DNA of 64,000 nucleotides from Guillardia theta CCMP2712. Taxonomy: Eukaryota; Protista; Cryptophyta. Made by a program: the position numbers and the translations under genes. The stretch lies in contig NW_005434641.1 of NCBI RefSeq assembly GCF_000315625.1, positions 77,113 to 141,112 on the forward strand, written 5' to 3'. Positions 25,525 to 38,920 of this stretch are shown one piece after another. Under the pieces are notes generated by a model. It made no database searches and was not told the DNA's origin. It worked only from the letters and a program-made list of their open reading frames with translations. Numbering within the stretch: position 1 is the stretch's first letter; each line of letters starts with the position of its first letter.

Positions 25525-26406
25525 GGCAGGGGCAGGGGCAGGGGCAGGGGCAGGGGCAGGGGCAGGAAAAGGGTGAGAGGAAAGAGGAGAAGAGGGAGGT
25601 GCAGGAGCAGGAGGAAGAGGAGGTGGTGGAGAAGGAGGAGGAAGAGAAGGAGGAAAAGGAAGAGGAGGAGGAGAAGGAGGAGGAGGAGGAGAAGGAAGAG
25701 GAGGAGGAGGAGGAGGAGGAGGAGATCGACGACAGCAAGGAGGAAGAGAAATCAGTGAAGATGGTGGTGGTGGTGTGCGGGGAGGGGGGATTCTTACGTA
25801 GGTTTTGAATTCTCTCTTTGATCCATCCCACTTACCCGGGGACCCGAAGCTCTCCTTATACTCTTCCTCGATAGGAACACAACGAATCTCGACCTACAGG
25901 AGGTATGAGGAGGGGGAGGACGAGAACAGCTGAGACGTGAGGGGAGGAGGGAGGACAAACAGAACGAGGAGGAAGGTGCAGGTGAGCGTGAGGGAGGAGA
26001 GGAGATGGGAGCAAGAAGGAGGAAGGAGGAAGGAGGAAGATGAAGGAGGGGAGGGAGAAGGGGGGGCATGAAGGAATGGGGGAAGGTGAGGAGGTGGAAA
26101 GGGAGGGGAGGAGGTGGGAAGGAGAAGAGAATGAGGGAAGAAGAGGAAAGGAGGAGGAGGAGGGGAAGAGTTCTATTTGTTGTTCTCACATTAGGAGGAG
26201 CGAGCTGTCGCATCTGATTACACCATGCTCCTTCGTGCTCCACTGAAACCCACTTGCCCACGCACTGCCTGTGCGTCTGTCAGTTCTGCTGCTCCTGTCC
26301 CTTCCCCTCCTGCCCCCTATGCTCCTGCTCCTGCTCCTGATGCTGCTCCTGCTGCTGCTCCTGCTGCTCCTCCTTTTGCTCTTGCTCCTGCTCTTCTCCT
26401 CTTGCA

Positions 26407-26444
<38 letters not shown>

Positions 26445-26687
26445 GTGCGCCCTCCACCCCGGCACCCGAAACCCCTTCCTCGTGTTCCTCAAAGCTTACG
26501 AGAAGTAGAGAGTCGAAGTGCCGCTGCCCCATTCCCACACAACTGACTTGGGGCCCTGAGGACAAATGTGAGGGAGACGGAAGAAAGTAGAGAAGAGGCC
26601 GCGAGGAGGGAGAAGAGGAGGGAGAATGTGCAACAGGAGGAGGAGGAGGAGGAGGAGGAGGAGGAGGAGGAGGAGGAGGAGGAGGAG

Positions 26688-26722
<35 letters not shown>

Positions 26723-26896
26723 GGACGGAGGAGGGAGGACGGAGGACGAGGAGGAAAGGACGCAGCAGAGAGACGAGGGGAGAGAGAAGGAGAANNNNNN
26801 NNNNNNNNNNNNNNNNNNNNNNNNNNNNNNNNNNNNNNNNNNNNNNNNNNNNNNNNNNNNNNNNNNNNNNNNNNNNNNNNNNNNNNNNNNNNNNCC

Positions 26897-26938
<42 letters not shown>

Positions 26939-28240
26939 ATCAATCAATCAATCACACCTGAACACATTGAGAGAAGTAGATCGCCGAGGCCCCACTTCCC
27001 CACTCTACAACTTTAGAGTCTTTCCTCAAAGACTGCAGGATGATGTTGGTAAGCTGAGGTAAGGGTCAGCCTGCTGCCTTGCACTACAGAAGAGAGCCGG
27101 GAGGGAGCAGAGGAAGGGAGGGGAGGGGAAAGCGAAGGGAAGGGAAGGGATGGAAAAACTGGGATAGGATGGGAAGGGAAGGGATGGGATGGAGGGAAGT
27201 ACCTGAGGGTCCATCTTTGGACAGATACGATTGTCTATCGCTCGCCCGTCGGCGCACTGGGACGGGCAGAACCTGGACAGCAGCAAGGACGGAAAGCACG
27301 GTGAGAGGAGAGAGGAGGAGTGAAGTTCCCTGCACGCTCTCACCCTGATCTCGACGGAGGGGAAGCAAACTTGGACGATGATCTGTATGGGTTCGCATCA
27401 TCGATATCATCGCCGCAGGCTGTTCAGGATGCCTTTCCCCTTCCTCCTTGTCCTCCTCCTCCTTTTCCTCCCTCCCCCTCTTTCCCCTTCCTCCTCATCC
27501 TCCTCGTCCTCCTACCTGCGCGATCTTGACTCCTTATAGCTTTGTAGATCTGACTGTGAACGAAACTTGGTCATAACGGACGTCTTCGCTTCTCCAACTC
27601 TCTCCTCCCCTCTCCCTAGCCCTTTCCTCCTCCTCCAGCATCCAGCACTCGTCTCTCCTTACCATCTCATGTTTGGGGTGGATCATCATGAACGCGCTGA
27701 AGGAAACCGCGAAGATCAGCGCGAGAATGATCTGCAGGGAAGCGAGGAAGTCAGGAGGAGAGGGCAAGACTGCATGCGCCCATTTCTTCTTAGAAGGAAG
27801 GGCTGGGCTCTTCTTACCAGTTGGATCCTCGCGAACCTTGAAAGGCCTGAAGACTTCGCTCTCGCCATGGTGGGATACTCTGTCTTCACGCCTCTGCCTT
27901 CATGGATAAATTCCTGTAAAAGATTGCCTGTCACCTCAACAGAGACCTTAAAAATCTCTTTTCACAGCCTTCTCATCCGCGATGCATCTATTATCAAATA
28001 CCCTGCCTCCCTGCCTGCCTGCCTGCCTGCCTGCCTCCCTCCCTCCCTCCCTCCCTGTCTTAAACCTTCATCTTCCATTCAGCTGTCATTCTTATCAATC
28101 CTGATATTCCTCCCCCTCCTCCCTCCCCCTCCCTCCCCCTCCTCCCCCTCCCCCCCCCTCCTCCTTCTCTACTGCCCATCCCCCAGCTGTGCATTCTTGC
28201 TCGACGAACATGGATTTTCCGGGTGCGTCATCCCGATGGT
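23659..28240 (-). CDS. Type II membrane class I SAM-dependent methyltransferase (possible glycan O-methyltransferase); many small exons, spans N-gaps
   Basis: Exons give TM IILALIFAVSFSAFMM (~27680-27735), KSVVWEWGSGTSTLYFS (~26500-26550), KWVSVEHEGAWCNQM (~26210-26260), PPDVVLIDG (~25395-25420) and LKYYDIVDVVE (~24237-24270). Confidence 0.65.
23862..23990. repeat. 24-bp minisatellite (CTCCTCTGCTCCCTCTCCCGCTAC)
   Basis: About 5 degenerate units visible. Confidence 0.7.
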
Positions 28241-29010
28241 CTGAGGGGGGACGAGGCCAACCTACTCATAAAAAGCTCTCCATGGCGGAAATCCTTGCGG
28301 TGTGNNNNNNNNNNNNNNNNNNNNNNNNNNNNNNNNNNNNNNNNNNNNNNNNNNNNNNNNNNNNNNNNNNNNNNNNNNNNNNNNNNNNNNNNNNNNNNNN
28401 NNNNTCCTTCTCCTTCCCTTGCCTCCTCCACCTCCATCTCCTCCTTCCTGCTCCGCGAGCATCCAAAACATGCTCGATTAGCGGCAATGTAATCTTGATA
28501 TGTTGCCTGAGATACTGGATCTCACATGATGCGATATGTGGTCTTGTCAGATCTGAGCGCGTTCACTTCCTTCTCATGGTCTTGTCATCCTCTCATGATC
28601 ATCCATCCGCGTCTCTCCCTAACCTGTCCCTTGCTCTCCTCTCCTCACTGGCACCAGTTTGAATCCGGATCTCCCATGGCAGGGCCTCGATGCCTGTTCT
28701 ATGATATCAAATGTGTCGACACGATGACGCATGTCTTTGAGCTATCAGCAAGAAATCAACCCTTGCTGGCGATCCCGCATAGTCACCAGTGAATCCACAT
28801 TGATCTGTCTCAGATTCCGACACACTGCCAACGAGGAGAAACCATCTCCCTGCCTCTTTCACACCTTGCTCCTTCACATTCACATGTGCACGCGTCATGC
28901 ACCTTCTTTGTCCTGCGTGCCACCGCTGATACCTTGTGCGCTTCCTCGTGTTGTTCCTCTGCCACGTGGGCATCTCTCCTTGACAGCTCTTCTGACTTTG
29001 CCCTCGCCAG

Positions 29011-30984
29011 GTGGTTGTGGCTATAGTCTTGTGCGTTGTTGGATTCCTATGGCTGAAGTTCAGTCAAGGGAAGGAGAAACCACAGTCTGCTACGAGTGAG
29101 GAAACACGACAGAGCTCCAAGGACAAGGCAAAGAACAACAAGCAAGAAAAGCAAGAACCACCTGCTAAAACGATAGACAAGAAAGTGAAGAAGGAAGAAA
29201 AGCACAAGCAATGCATCTTCGAGGTCAAGGGCCACAAGGACGGTATGAACTGCTTCATGTTCAGCTCGACAGGCAAGCTTGCAGCGTCTACCGGCGACGA
29301 CAGGAGAGTCATCATCTGGGACGCAACAAAGGTACCTTTAGCGGGTAACTGTTGACTCGCACCTGACCTTGGGTGGTGGTTCCTCCCTTTCGATCAAAAG
29401 TTCCCACCGATCCAGCTTCAGGTGATTGCTCCCATGGCAAGCTTGTCTCCAATTTACGAGAATTTCGATACCAGAACGTCATTCCCGAGCTCGATCAACC
29501 TGTTTCTGTTGCCTTCAGGTGTGTGACAGGGCTGCCAGCTGACTGTTTCTCCCCTGATCCTTTCTTGTTCTGCAGCCCAGATGACATGTACTTTGCTGTG
29601 GCATACGCTACCAGCAAAGAGGTGCACTCAAGACACAGTCCGTAGTTGTAAGGCTGATTTTTCGATGCAGATCAAGATATTTGCTGTCAAGGGGGTCAAG
29701 GAAGGAGCCAAGGTGATTCACCAGATGGCATCTGCAGGAGTTCAAACTCAATGAGCTGTTCTTGTCAGGTCTCCATCAAGACCAACGTGGCAAAGTCCAT
29801 CACGGAGATGCACTGGTCGTACAACGGGAAATTTCTGGCGATCTGCTCAACGGACGACAAGGTATACAAGGGAGTTGTAGCTTTCCGCCTCCATGACGAT
29901 GAGGGCAGGAGAGCGTTAGACTGTTCAAGGCGTCCGGGGAGCCGCTGGGGGTGATCAACCCTGGGGCCTTAGTGGTCTATCACTGTGTCATCTCTCCGGG
30001 TTAGTTGGCTGTTGCTGTTCGTGTGATCCTAAGGAGGTGAAGCTTGTGGCTTGTCGCGCAGATTCAAGATTCGTCGCTGTGGCCTCGATGCAGTGCGATG
30101 TTAAGGTGATCAGCACCTCGCTGCCCTCCTGCTCTTACTGGTGGAACAACGATAGGTGTGGGAGGTCGGAGCCGACAAAGAAGGCTTCAGGTGTTTATGA
30201 TCGGCTTGTTCCGCCATGACTTGCAATGATGTGATCGCTGGAAGGCTCTTCGGAAAGGTGATGGAGTTAACGGGGAGAAGCGGAGGAGGAGGGGCAACGG
30301 GTCACTCGGCTGCGGTGCATGCTGTCGACTTTGGCGGGAGCTCTCCTGCTATACTGGTAGCCCCTGACAATCTCAGTGCTTGGAACTTGACCTGAGAGCA
30401 AGGTTTGCGAGTCAACAAGGGCAGCAACGGTCTCCAAGGACGGCAAGTGCAAGATCTGGAACATCGACGTTCGATACAAGTGAGCGAGGATGGTGGCTGA
30501 AACCTGCCTTACTCGCATGGCCTCAGGATGAAAGAGGACCCGAAATGCTTGCTCACGATTGATGCGATCGATAGCAAATCGGTACGTCTTCCTCTGAAGC
30601 TCCCCGCCCCTCACGCACATCGCAGATCGATCTTGTAGCGATCGCCCCTGGTAAGGACAGCCCGATAGTAGCAACATGGAGCAAGACTGCCGGCCTCTGC
30701 TTCTACAAGCTCCCAACAGGAGAGCTTTTGTCCCAGGTCATGGCTCTGCGAGACATCTCTCCTGGTTTTGACTTGCAAAGCAGATTCACTTGGAGGAGAC
30801 GGGGCAGGTATTCATTGCTGTTGGTATACATGACATGCATGGCCTTGACTCCAGTCAACAGGTCTTTCAGATGATCTGGAGTCCTGATTCCCTCACGGAC
30901 AAAACTGGCAAAGTTTACCAGCACGTCCTCTGTACAGTGTCCAAGGATGGAAGGACTCGGGCGTGGGTACCCAACAGCGACTAG
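29011..30984 (+). CDS. WD40-repeat protein with N-terminal transmembrane anchor, TBL2-like (first exon upstream not resolved)
   Basis: TM VVVAIVLCVVGFLWLKF, Lys-rich linker, VKGHKDGMNCFMFSSTGKLAASTGDDRRVIIWD, ATVSKDGKCKIWNIDVRY, CTVSKDGRTRAW*. Numerous ~45-nt introns. Confidence 0.8.
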
Positions 30985-31057
30985 GAAGGATATTGCTACA
31001 TGCTTTCAATTATCTCTTTCTAGTTTCTAAAAAGCTACACGCTTTCAATTTCTGTTT

Positions 31058-31421
31058 CTAGAACACATTACATCCTCCGCCCTGTTTTGGACACTGACAC
31101 CGGTCTGCCTCGGGAACGTCCCTCAGGACCTGTTCGACATGCATTCCTGAACTCAAAACATCAGAAGGGGACAATGCGTCGAGCACAAGAGAGAAAATTT
31201 CAAGGAAACGGGCGTCGAGCACAAGAGAGAAAATTTCAAGGAAACGGTCGTGTATCGGCATGAAAACATTGTCGTGGAGCAGGGATAAGGCGGAAGGGAG
31301 TGTAGGAGAAAAGAGCATATGAATGCACAACAAGGTAACAGAGGTTTGGTTTGTCGATCGCCTCACCGCATCCTGCCCACGAGGGCTTCTTGCAAGTAGA
31401 GCAGGTAACACGACGGCACAT
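31058..31421 (-). CDS. 47-aa Cys-rich microprotein MCRRVTCSTCKKPSWAGCGMHVEQVLRDVPEADRCQCPKQGGGCNVF (exons 31421-31367, 31146-31058)
   Basis: The GT-AG intron 31366-31147 joins the two halves in frame. Pattern C-x4-CxxC-x4-WAGCGxH...CxC with a C-terminal CaaX (CNVF). Confidence 0.8.
31176..31247. repeat. 36-bp direct tandem duplication in intron
   Basis: GCGTCGAGCACAAGAGAGAAAATTTCAAGGAAACGG x2. Confidence 0.9.
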
Positions 31422-32706
31422 AGCTACAGAGCTGTGTTGCAACCAACTTAAGGGGCGAGTAGTGGAGGAGGGGACGAAAGGGGAGGGGGCGGGTGGAGGA
31501 GGAAGTGGAAGGGGTATTCCAGCAGTCGCAGGGGCTGTAGGCACTTTGAAGTAGGGTGGGGGTACTTGAGTACCCGTTACTTTCCCAATGACAATACGGG
31601 TACTGAAGTCGTGTCAGACCCTGAAGTAGGAAGGTAGTGGTCAGCAATCTCATCTGACAAGGCACCCCTACCCCCTGATTATCCGAAAGAGGACCCCCTT
31701 ATGGATGCCAAAGTACCCACAGGAACCGCCCCACCCCCACCCCCAATGAAAGCCTCCAGAACCTGCTCCCTATGGGAGAAATTTGTAGTAGACCCCTGGG
31801 TCGTAGCGACGGGAGGGTGTGTAGAGTACCCACTGAATCGTGGTTATTTTCTCCTAGCCATGGGGGGTGGGGGTACATTTCAGTAATATGTCGTTGGGGA
31901 ACACGAGTAGGCAACACCATGGCATCCAACCACCAGTCTTAAAACGTTTTACTTTAAAAATTTCCACGTGCAATAGAACTCCTAAAATGTTTTTGGAGTT
32001 ATAAAATGGTATCTCAAGATGCGGATCGACAACCATCCAGCTACATATTTTTTAAGGCTCGAAAGTATTGAATATATAAAACGTTATTTAATCGAGATCC
32101 GACAGATCGAAATTGTCATAGGACCGATTCAGTACTGCAACTAACTTCTTGTTATAAAGTGTGAGAACCGATTGAAATTTTGGTTTGAAAGCTTGAAATT
32201 GTTTTATCTAATTTCAAAAATGAGTTGCTTACGGTTTGATTCTATAAACACTTAAAACCTTGTTAAAATAGGTTTAAAATGCACTTGTAAACTGTTCCCC
32301 GTCGATGGAGGAAGGGCTTTTGGTCAAGCGAAGGAAGGGAGTGCAGCTTTCTGCGGCAATGGAAACCTTGAGAGCCAGCACGAGGAAACGTGAAACGGTC
32401 TGAACCCTGTTACTGCCGTCTTCAAGCCTACGATCATCATGGTGGATGCTTAAGCTCGCCCGCATTGCATAACGATTTGAAGATCTCATGCATACTTGCA
32501 GTCGTTCAAGCAACAACACGTCAGACACGAGACTAAGCATCCAAGTATCTCATTGTAATCTATAGTTTGTGTTGCATTCCACTGCAAGCTATTTCAACTC
32601 TGGGTATTTGATTGACATGTTCTTCTCGCGAATTGCAAGCATGCGCTGCGTTCTATCATGGCTCTTCTTATGGCTGTCCGTTATAAGTGCAATCCAAACA
32701 AATTCC

Positions 32707-35579
32707 ATGGGATCAAAACCTAGCAGGCAACATAATTCAAGTCCATCAGAAGTGAATCGTGCCCTATGCAGCATTTTTCCATCTTCCAGCAGAAACCCTG
32801 TCGAAAGGATATGGCGTAGTTCGTTAACAAACATGTGTGTCTCGCCAAGCAAGTTTATTTGCAGATGTTTGAACCTAAATATGTTCCTCTCCTGCTTTTT
32901 CTCACGCGCATCGGTGACCGAGAGCAAGCTGGAGGATGAACCGGATCCAGCGCCATACACGATCATCCAGAGTGCCATCGACCCCATCACCAAGACGCGG
33001 ATGGTGTTCTCCATGCTGTCTCAGATCGCCTCCGAGAGCGAAGATCTAGACAAGGCAAACTTCATTGAAATCAGGGCTATCGATTCTGGTGGAGCTCAGC
33101 TCCCCAAGAAGTTCCACCACGACGACGTCGTCTCCCTCGTGAAGCAGCTCTACGTGGACAAGCAGCACTTGCACAGAGGCACGCTGGAGAATATCCTCAA
33201 CCTCGTCAAGCCCATCCTTGCAGACGAGCCCAACATCGTGAAGATTCCTCCCATGCAACGGGTGACGGTCGTTGGCGACCTTCATGGGAGTCTAGCGGAT
33301 CTGTCGCGAATCTTCGAGCTGGTGGGATGGCCCGGTCCAGGAAACACATTCGTCTTCAATGGGGACTTTGTAGATAGAGGAGACCGCGGGGTTGAGATCA
33401 TTGCTGCATTGTTTGCGCTAAAGGTTGTGCACCCGAAGAATATCATTCTGAATCGTGGAAATCATGAAGATACGAAGATCTGCAAGCTATACGGTTTTTT
33501 CGACGAGATTGTTTGTAAATATGGATGTCGAGCACTGTATGAGAAGGTTTGCGATGTGTTTACGTATTTGCCCCTGGGGTGTGTCATTGGAAACGAGGCT
33601 TTTGTTGTGCATGCTGGCGTGCCCAGGTGACCATCTCACATTAGGAGCCCAGTTATGTAAGTGACGTGAAATGAGCAGAACCATGGTCAACATCGATCAA
33701 ATCAACTGTATCCCAAGGAGAAAGTTGAAGACGACCGTGAGGTCAGATGTGATTTAACAACATGATATGATTCTGAATCGAGATGCGCAGTGCTGCGTGG
33801 GAAGAGTCTCATCCTCCCGGCTGCAACTTGTGGGCCCAGATGCCGAAATGGCTAACGATCGCCGAGGTACTGGATTGCAAGCAAACACGTCATCTTGTTG
33901 AAACGCTGGCAGGATCTACTTTGGTCTGACCCTGTTGATCCTTCGATTGACCAGACTGCAAAGGATTTTGAAGCCACACCGAACTACTTCCGGGGAGCAG
34001 GAATCAGGTATGATATATTCACGACTGTGCTTCCCTGCGCTGTTCTTTTTAGAACAATCTTGCATCTACAAGCAGGCTGTGCTGAATGACACAATAATAT
34101 ATGAGGGTTGTCTCTGATGAAAGTTGCAGATATGGGCCCGGTGTTGTTCGGGAGTTCCTGAAAAAGAACAAGTTGAAAACTTTGGTCAGAAGCCACCAGT
34201 GTGTTGGCAAGGGCTGGGATGAGATCCACTGCGGTGATTATCGAATTTCTGTCTTTTCCTGTAAGTCTGATTCTTTTCAGGTCAAGACGTCTCTATCTGG
34301 ACTGTTTTCAGTGCGTCCAACTACGACGGAGTGGGAAACACAGCATCTGTGCTGGTAAATCTTGTGCCTTGCCTTTCATGCAGTGAGAGAAAGTCCACAG
34401 GTTTTCAATGGAGACGGCAAGGGAGTCCCAAGGTTGAACCTGCAATACTTTCAATCTTATGCATGACGGCTCGGTCAGGGTGGTCACTTTCTCGGCTGCA
34501 AACTCAGTGATTCGCTGCTTGGGATTCAAGAGCAGGTCTACTTGAACGATGGTCAAGTTAGCGGTCTGATGGAATTTCCTCAGGCAAAAGCTTGTAGACT
34601 TGATCTGTATGAACAAAGAAGCTCTGCGGAGAGAACTGCTCTCGGTTGCAAAGAAGAGAAAGGACATCAGGGAAGGAGAATGGAGCCAAGTCCTACGGTC
34701 CGGCTCTCCTCCACCGCCGACCGGTTCTCACCGTTATGCGCAGGAGAGTCTTGAAGCTCAACATCGACTTGCGGCATCTGCGAGGGGTACGAGAGCGCAA
34801 CCTTGTTTGAGGGAGACCCCGATCTGATGCCTTGAATCCAGGAGCTCGTTGGAGTCCCCAGTGATGGCAGCAAAATGGTCAACGTCGAGAGCTTCCTGGA
34901 GCGTTACAAGATGCAAGTGATCCTCCCTGACGGGATCTGCTTCTCACTGCCAGAGGAGGACGCGTTGGCGCAAGTAGCCTAGTCCATGAGCTGGTGACCG
35001 AAAGGACTGACGGCCTGCAGTACCTTCTGCCGAAGGCCCACGAGGTCGCAAGCGTGTTCTACCTCCTCGACAAAAATCTTGACGGGTGAAGAGACGAATA
35101 GCTGCCGGCACAGGCCTGCGGAACCCTTGACGTGCGCGCAGCAAACTGACGCTGGAGGAGGCGAACGCGGGACTGCAACTTGCAAAGAAGAAGCTCGCAA
35201 GCTCATACATGGTGAGAAGCTCAGTGGATCATATACCCCCACCTTGATCTCCCTCCCTTAGCTCATCCTCCTCATGTATCTCTCCCTCCTCCCTTGCTCC
35301 TTCATCGGCTCCACACTGCCATCCTCGTCGATTCCTTCCACCCTGACAGTGTATGAAGTGGCAAGGGAACTTCGAGATGAACGCGCACGAAATCTTCGAG
35401 AGCTGCTTTGCTGCAGGTTCAGGTATCACTGCAGCCTGCGACAGTTGTCAAGGTTGCCTGACTCGCCTCCCTCGCAGCATTCTTGGAGGTCGTGCAGTTC
35501 TGTCGCGGATGGTGCCAAGTCTTTCTCCAGCCTGACCTCAACTACCAGTTGTAACCTACGTCTTGTTCGCCCTGTTTGA
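32707..35579 (+). CDS. PPEF: PPP-family Ser/Thr protein phosphatase with C-terminal EF-hand-like region (PPEF/RdgC-like), N-myristoylation motif
   Basis: MGSKPS start, GDLHG, GDFVDRG, RGNHE, VHAG, DLLWSDP, RSHQ, SASNY motifs across exons. PPEF-like N-terminal 'TIIQSAID' segment and EF-like FYLLDKNLDG (~35058-35087). 3' end approximate. Confidence 0.85.
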
Positions 35580-36113
35580 CTAGAGTCTTATATTGTTTCT
35601 ACAACCGCAAGTTCTTATGTAAATCTTTATAAGGTGGAAGCCTTCCAAACTTTTGTCCTGCCCCGCTAACATGAATATGAAGGCACATACTTGCTGCTGT
35701 CATAGTTGGTTTTCGTTCCTTCCTTCCTTTCCCGTCGCCATGCTCTCCTTTCCGTGTGCTTCCCTTCTCCACGCCCTCCCCTCTTCTCCTGCCCCGTTCA
35801 TGTCCATCCCATCGCTTCCTCTCCCGTTCTGTCCTCGCATGTCAGATTCGTACCTCGCATGTCTACCATAGATCAATCGCATCTCCTCTCAACCGTGTCC
35901 TCGTCTCATGCTGCCCTTCCATCCCTCCTCCCCTCAGCTCTTCTCCCGCATGCGTTCTCTCCCCCGCATACATGTTGTTTCTCCCTCCCTCTCTTCTCTT
36001 CCCTCCCTCCCAGCCGCCCTGTTGCTCCTTTCCCTCGCCATTCGAAGTTTGTGGCTTTCAAAAGATACGGTCTGCCAGCTGCGCGGCTCACGAATTTCCG
36101 GACTTGCACCAAA

Positions 36114-38716
36114 ATGGTAGGGATTGGGCGCATCAACCTCCCCGTCATGCTGGCCTGCGTCGTGGCGACAGGAGGGCGAGGTGAGGGGGGGAACAGATGA
36201 TAACGCATAAAGATGGATGTCGGCGGCGGGGGAGGGGGGGGGAAGCAAGAGGGAGGAGAAAGACGTGTAAAGGTTTTCTCCTCTGAACTGTTTGCAATGT
36301 GCTGTAGATGTCAGTGAAAACTTTGATCTTGTGAAATCTTCAAGGTCTGCCCCCACAATCTTGCTGATACAACAGATACCAACTCATGTCATCCGGTTCT
36401 ATGGAGGGGCATGCAGTCCAAGAATGACAAATTTGCGGGGAGGTGCGTTCATTTCCTTGCATTCTGATTTCCTTGCCTTCTGGACTTTCTATCCATTCAA
36501 TTTCCCTCTCTTTCTGGCCTGGTTGCCTCTCACTGCGCCCCTCCCTCCTTCTATTCCTCTCCTTCCCTCCTATCCGACATTTTCTTTGCTCTTCTCATTC
36601 ATTGATGACTTTCCCCCTGCTCGTTCAGGCCTTGGAGACGATTTTAGCCTTGGTGATGATGATACCATGGAAGAAGTGGGGCACAAGATGGAGGAGGAGG
36701 AGGAGGAGGAAAGGAGAAGAGACTACATTCTGGGTGACCTTGATTTCGACGTGGTAGACTGTACTTTCGATCGCATCGGGGACAGGAACGGGGTCTGTGC
36801 TTGCCTTGACCTTGAAGAAAGAATCGCCAAGACTGTTGAGCAGGTCTTCTACTACCTGGGATCTAAGGACTCGGCGACGTCTAAGGATATTGACACCATC
36901 ATCAACCGGGCGTCGGCGTCGATCAAGGGAAGATATGTCAACCCTGCCCGCAAGGTGACGTCATGGCATGCTGTGCTCTTGTGGTGGAGGATGAGACTGG
37001 GGCAGGGGCGCGTGAAAGTCAAGACAGGGCCCCACCTGTGCCTGAGCTGTAGGCGCTTTGAAGGGCACATGTCACAACCAGAGGATGTAGCTACAGAGAT
37101 GAGATGGTCCAGCTGAGCTGAGAAATGCTCACAGGTGCTGGATCGAGTGATAGTTGGCGATCAATTCTCTTTTCCTGATGGTCGTCGAGACGAAGTTTCC
37201 TTCAGTCGTTGATCCTTCGTTGTCAGGATGGTTTGCTATCGATCTTGGAAATCACACGATGCTCCGGCCGAGTCACTATGTGATGAGGAACGGAGGGTCA
37301 AGGGTGGACGTCATAACAGGATGGGTGAACTTGTCCGTGCTGTACGTGAAGACGGTGGGTTCAACGCACGTGGACAGGTGTTGGAGGCCGCGACGTGGGT
37401 GAAGGGGAAATGGTGGAGAGAAGGAGATTGGACGGTGAGGAGCTATTTCTTACAGTGTAGAGGGGTAAGAAATTTTCAGATCATCGACAAGCATGTCAAC
37501 GACACTAGCTTCTATGATCTGATCGACGACGGGTCATCTCCTGGGTCAACGGCTGCTCGTTAAGGCACTTCGTTTGGCTGACTCGCCCTCGCAGTTTCTA
37601 CAACTTCACCAAGATGCCGATGAAGTGGAACAACCGGATAAAGCAATACGAGCCTGCTATTCACCCGCAGCTGTTATCTTCCCCTTGTATGCGCCTTGTC
37701 CTCTTACTCCGTCTCCCAGTCAATTCACTTGGTCGCCGACCCCCATCGGTGAGATGCCGCATCACACCTTGAGCTTCCCCCTGGAGTGCAAGAGGTCGTA
37801 CAGGTTGCAGCACGCGAAGGAGCAGGGAGAAGGGGCTAAGGAAAACTTCCGCAGGTTCTTCAGGCTGCGGCAGCTCACCCATGCACGGCATACGCATCAT
37901 GGGGGTACGTCGGAGGTGCTGAACAAGATGTACATCCAGGTGCTGGACCGTTGGTCATGATGGCGTGGGAGTTTAGATGCTCTTGCAGGGCTTCGAGCTC
38001 TATGGCCGTCTCAAGGTGGGCGTTCTGCAGAAGACCATGCCGCCCTTCGTCCCTCACGAGAGGTACTGTGACACTCGAGAGCTGTGTTGGGGCTGTTCAG
38101 TGCGATGGACCCGGAACAGACTCTGTTTGCGAGCAGGCTGGTTCCGTGCTTGCACAAAGATCCCTGTCTCAGCTTTCAAAGCTGATCGGTGCTGACTCTC
38201 TTGATTAGGGGACAGTGGGTGTTCGGTCCGAGCCCCGACAAGAGCACGTGGCCCGACAAATACGAGCCACGGTGAGATAGGCGAACGGAAGTGAAGAGAT
38301 ATGGGGAGGAGGAGACGACAGTCCAAGGGACGGAGGAGGTTGACAAGGTGAGCAGGTACATCTGGCGGTGGCATAGAGGAGAGAAAGACTTTCTACCCGG
38401 AGATCGGGCAGCTAAGGTGAAGCGCTATGTTTGCTCTGCCGAGAGATGACTGTGCCTGATGTGCAGACGTACTACAACAATTTCGTGGAGGCAAGTTGCC
38501 GCTTCTTTGCTTCCCAATGTTGCCTGCTCTGACTAGGAATGCAGACCCTCCAGCGCCACCTGTCAGGCAAGGTTTCTGACGAGTCTTCCGAGTCGTCATG
38601 GTCGAAAGAAGACACCTCGGAGTACCTGGCAGAGCTGCAGAAGAGCTACAGAGAACAGACAGGGCACAACTTCACGGCAAAGAGGAGACCATCTAGCTTG
38701 CCATCTATTACATAAT
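36114..38716 (+). CDS. Hypothetical multi-exon protein with possible signal peptide
   Basis: First exon MVGIGRINLPVMLACVVATGGR ends at gtgagg. Long coding-like exons at 36630-36953, 37250-37530 and 37720-37938. No domain recognised. Confidence 0.5.
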
Positions 38717-38717
38717 A

Positions 38718-38920
38718 ATCACATGACAACTATCACATGACAACTATCACATGACAACCATCACATGACAACCATCACATGACAACTATCACACGACAGC
38801 TATCAAATGAAAGCTATCAAATGACAACTTTCAGATAACAACTATCACATGACAACTATCACCTGACAATTATCAAATGACATTTATCACACGACATCTA
38901 TCACATGACAACTATCACAT
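38718..38920. repeat. 14-bp tandem repeat (ATCACATGACAACT)n, ~14 degenerate units
   Basis: Units are directly visible right after a stop codon. Confidence 0.9.

Noticed and set aside
22229-28662. ORFs containing long X runs or poly-E/R/P/S/L tracts
   Set aside because: Artefacts of assembly N-gaps and intronic microsatellites.
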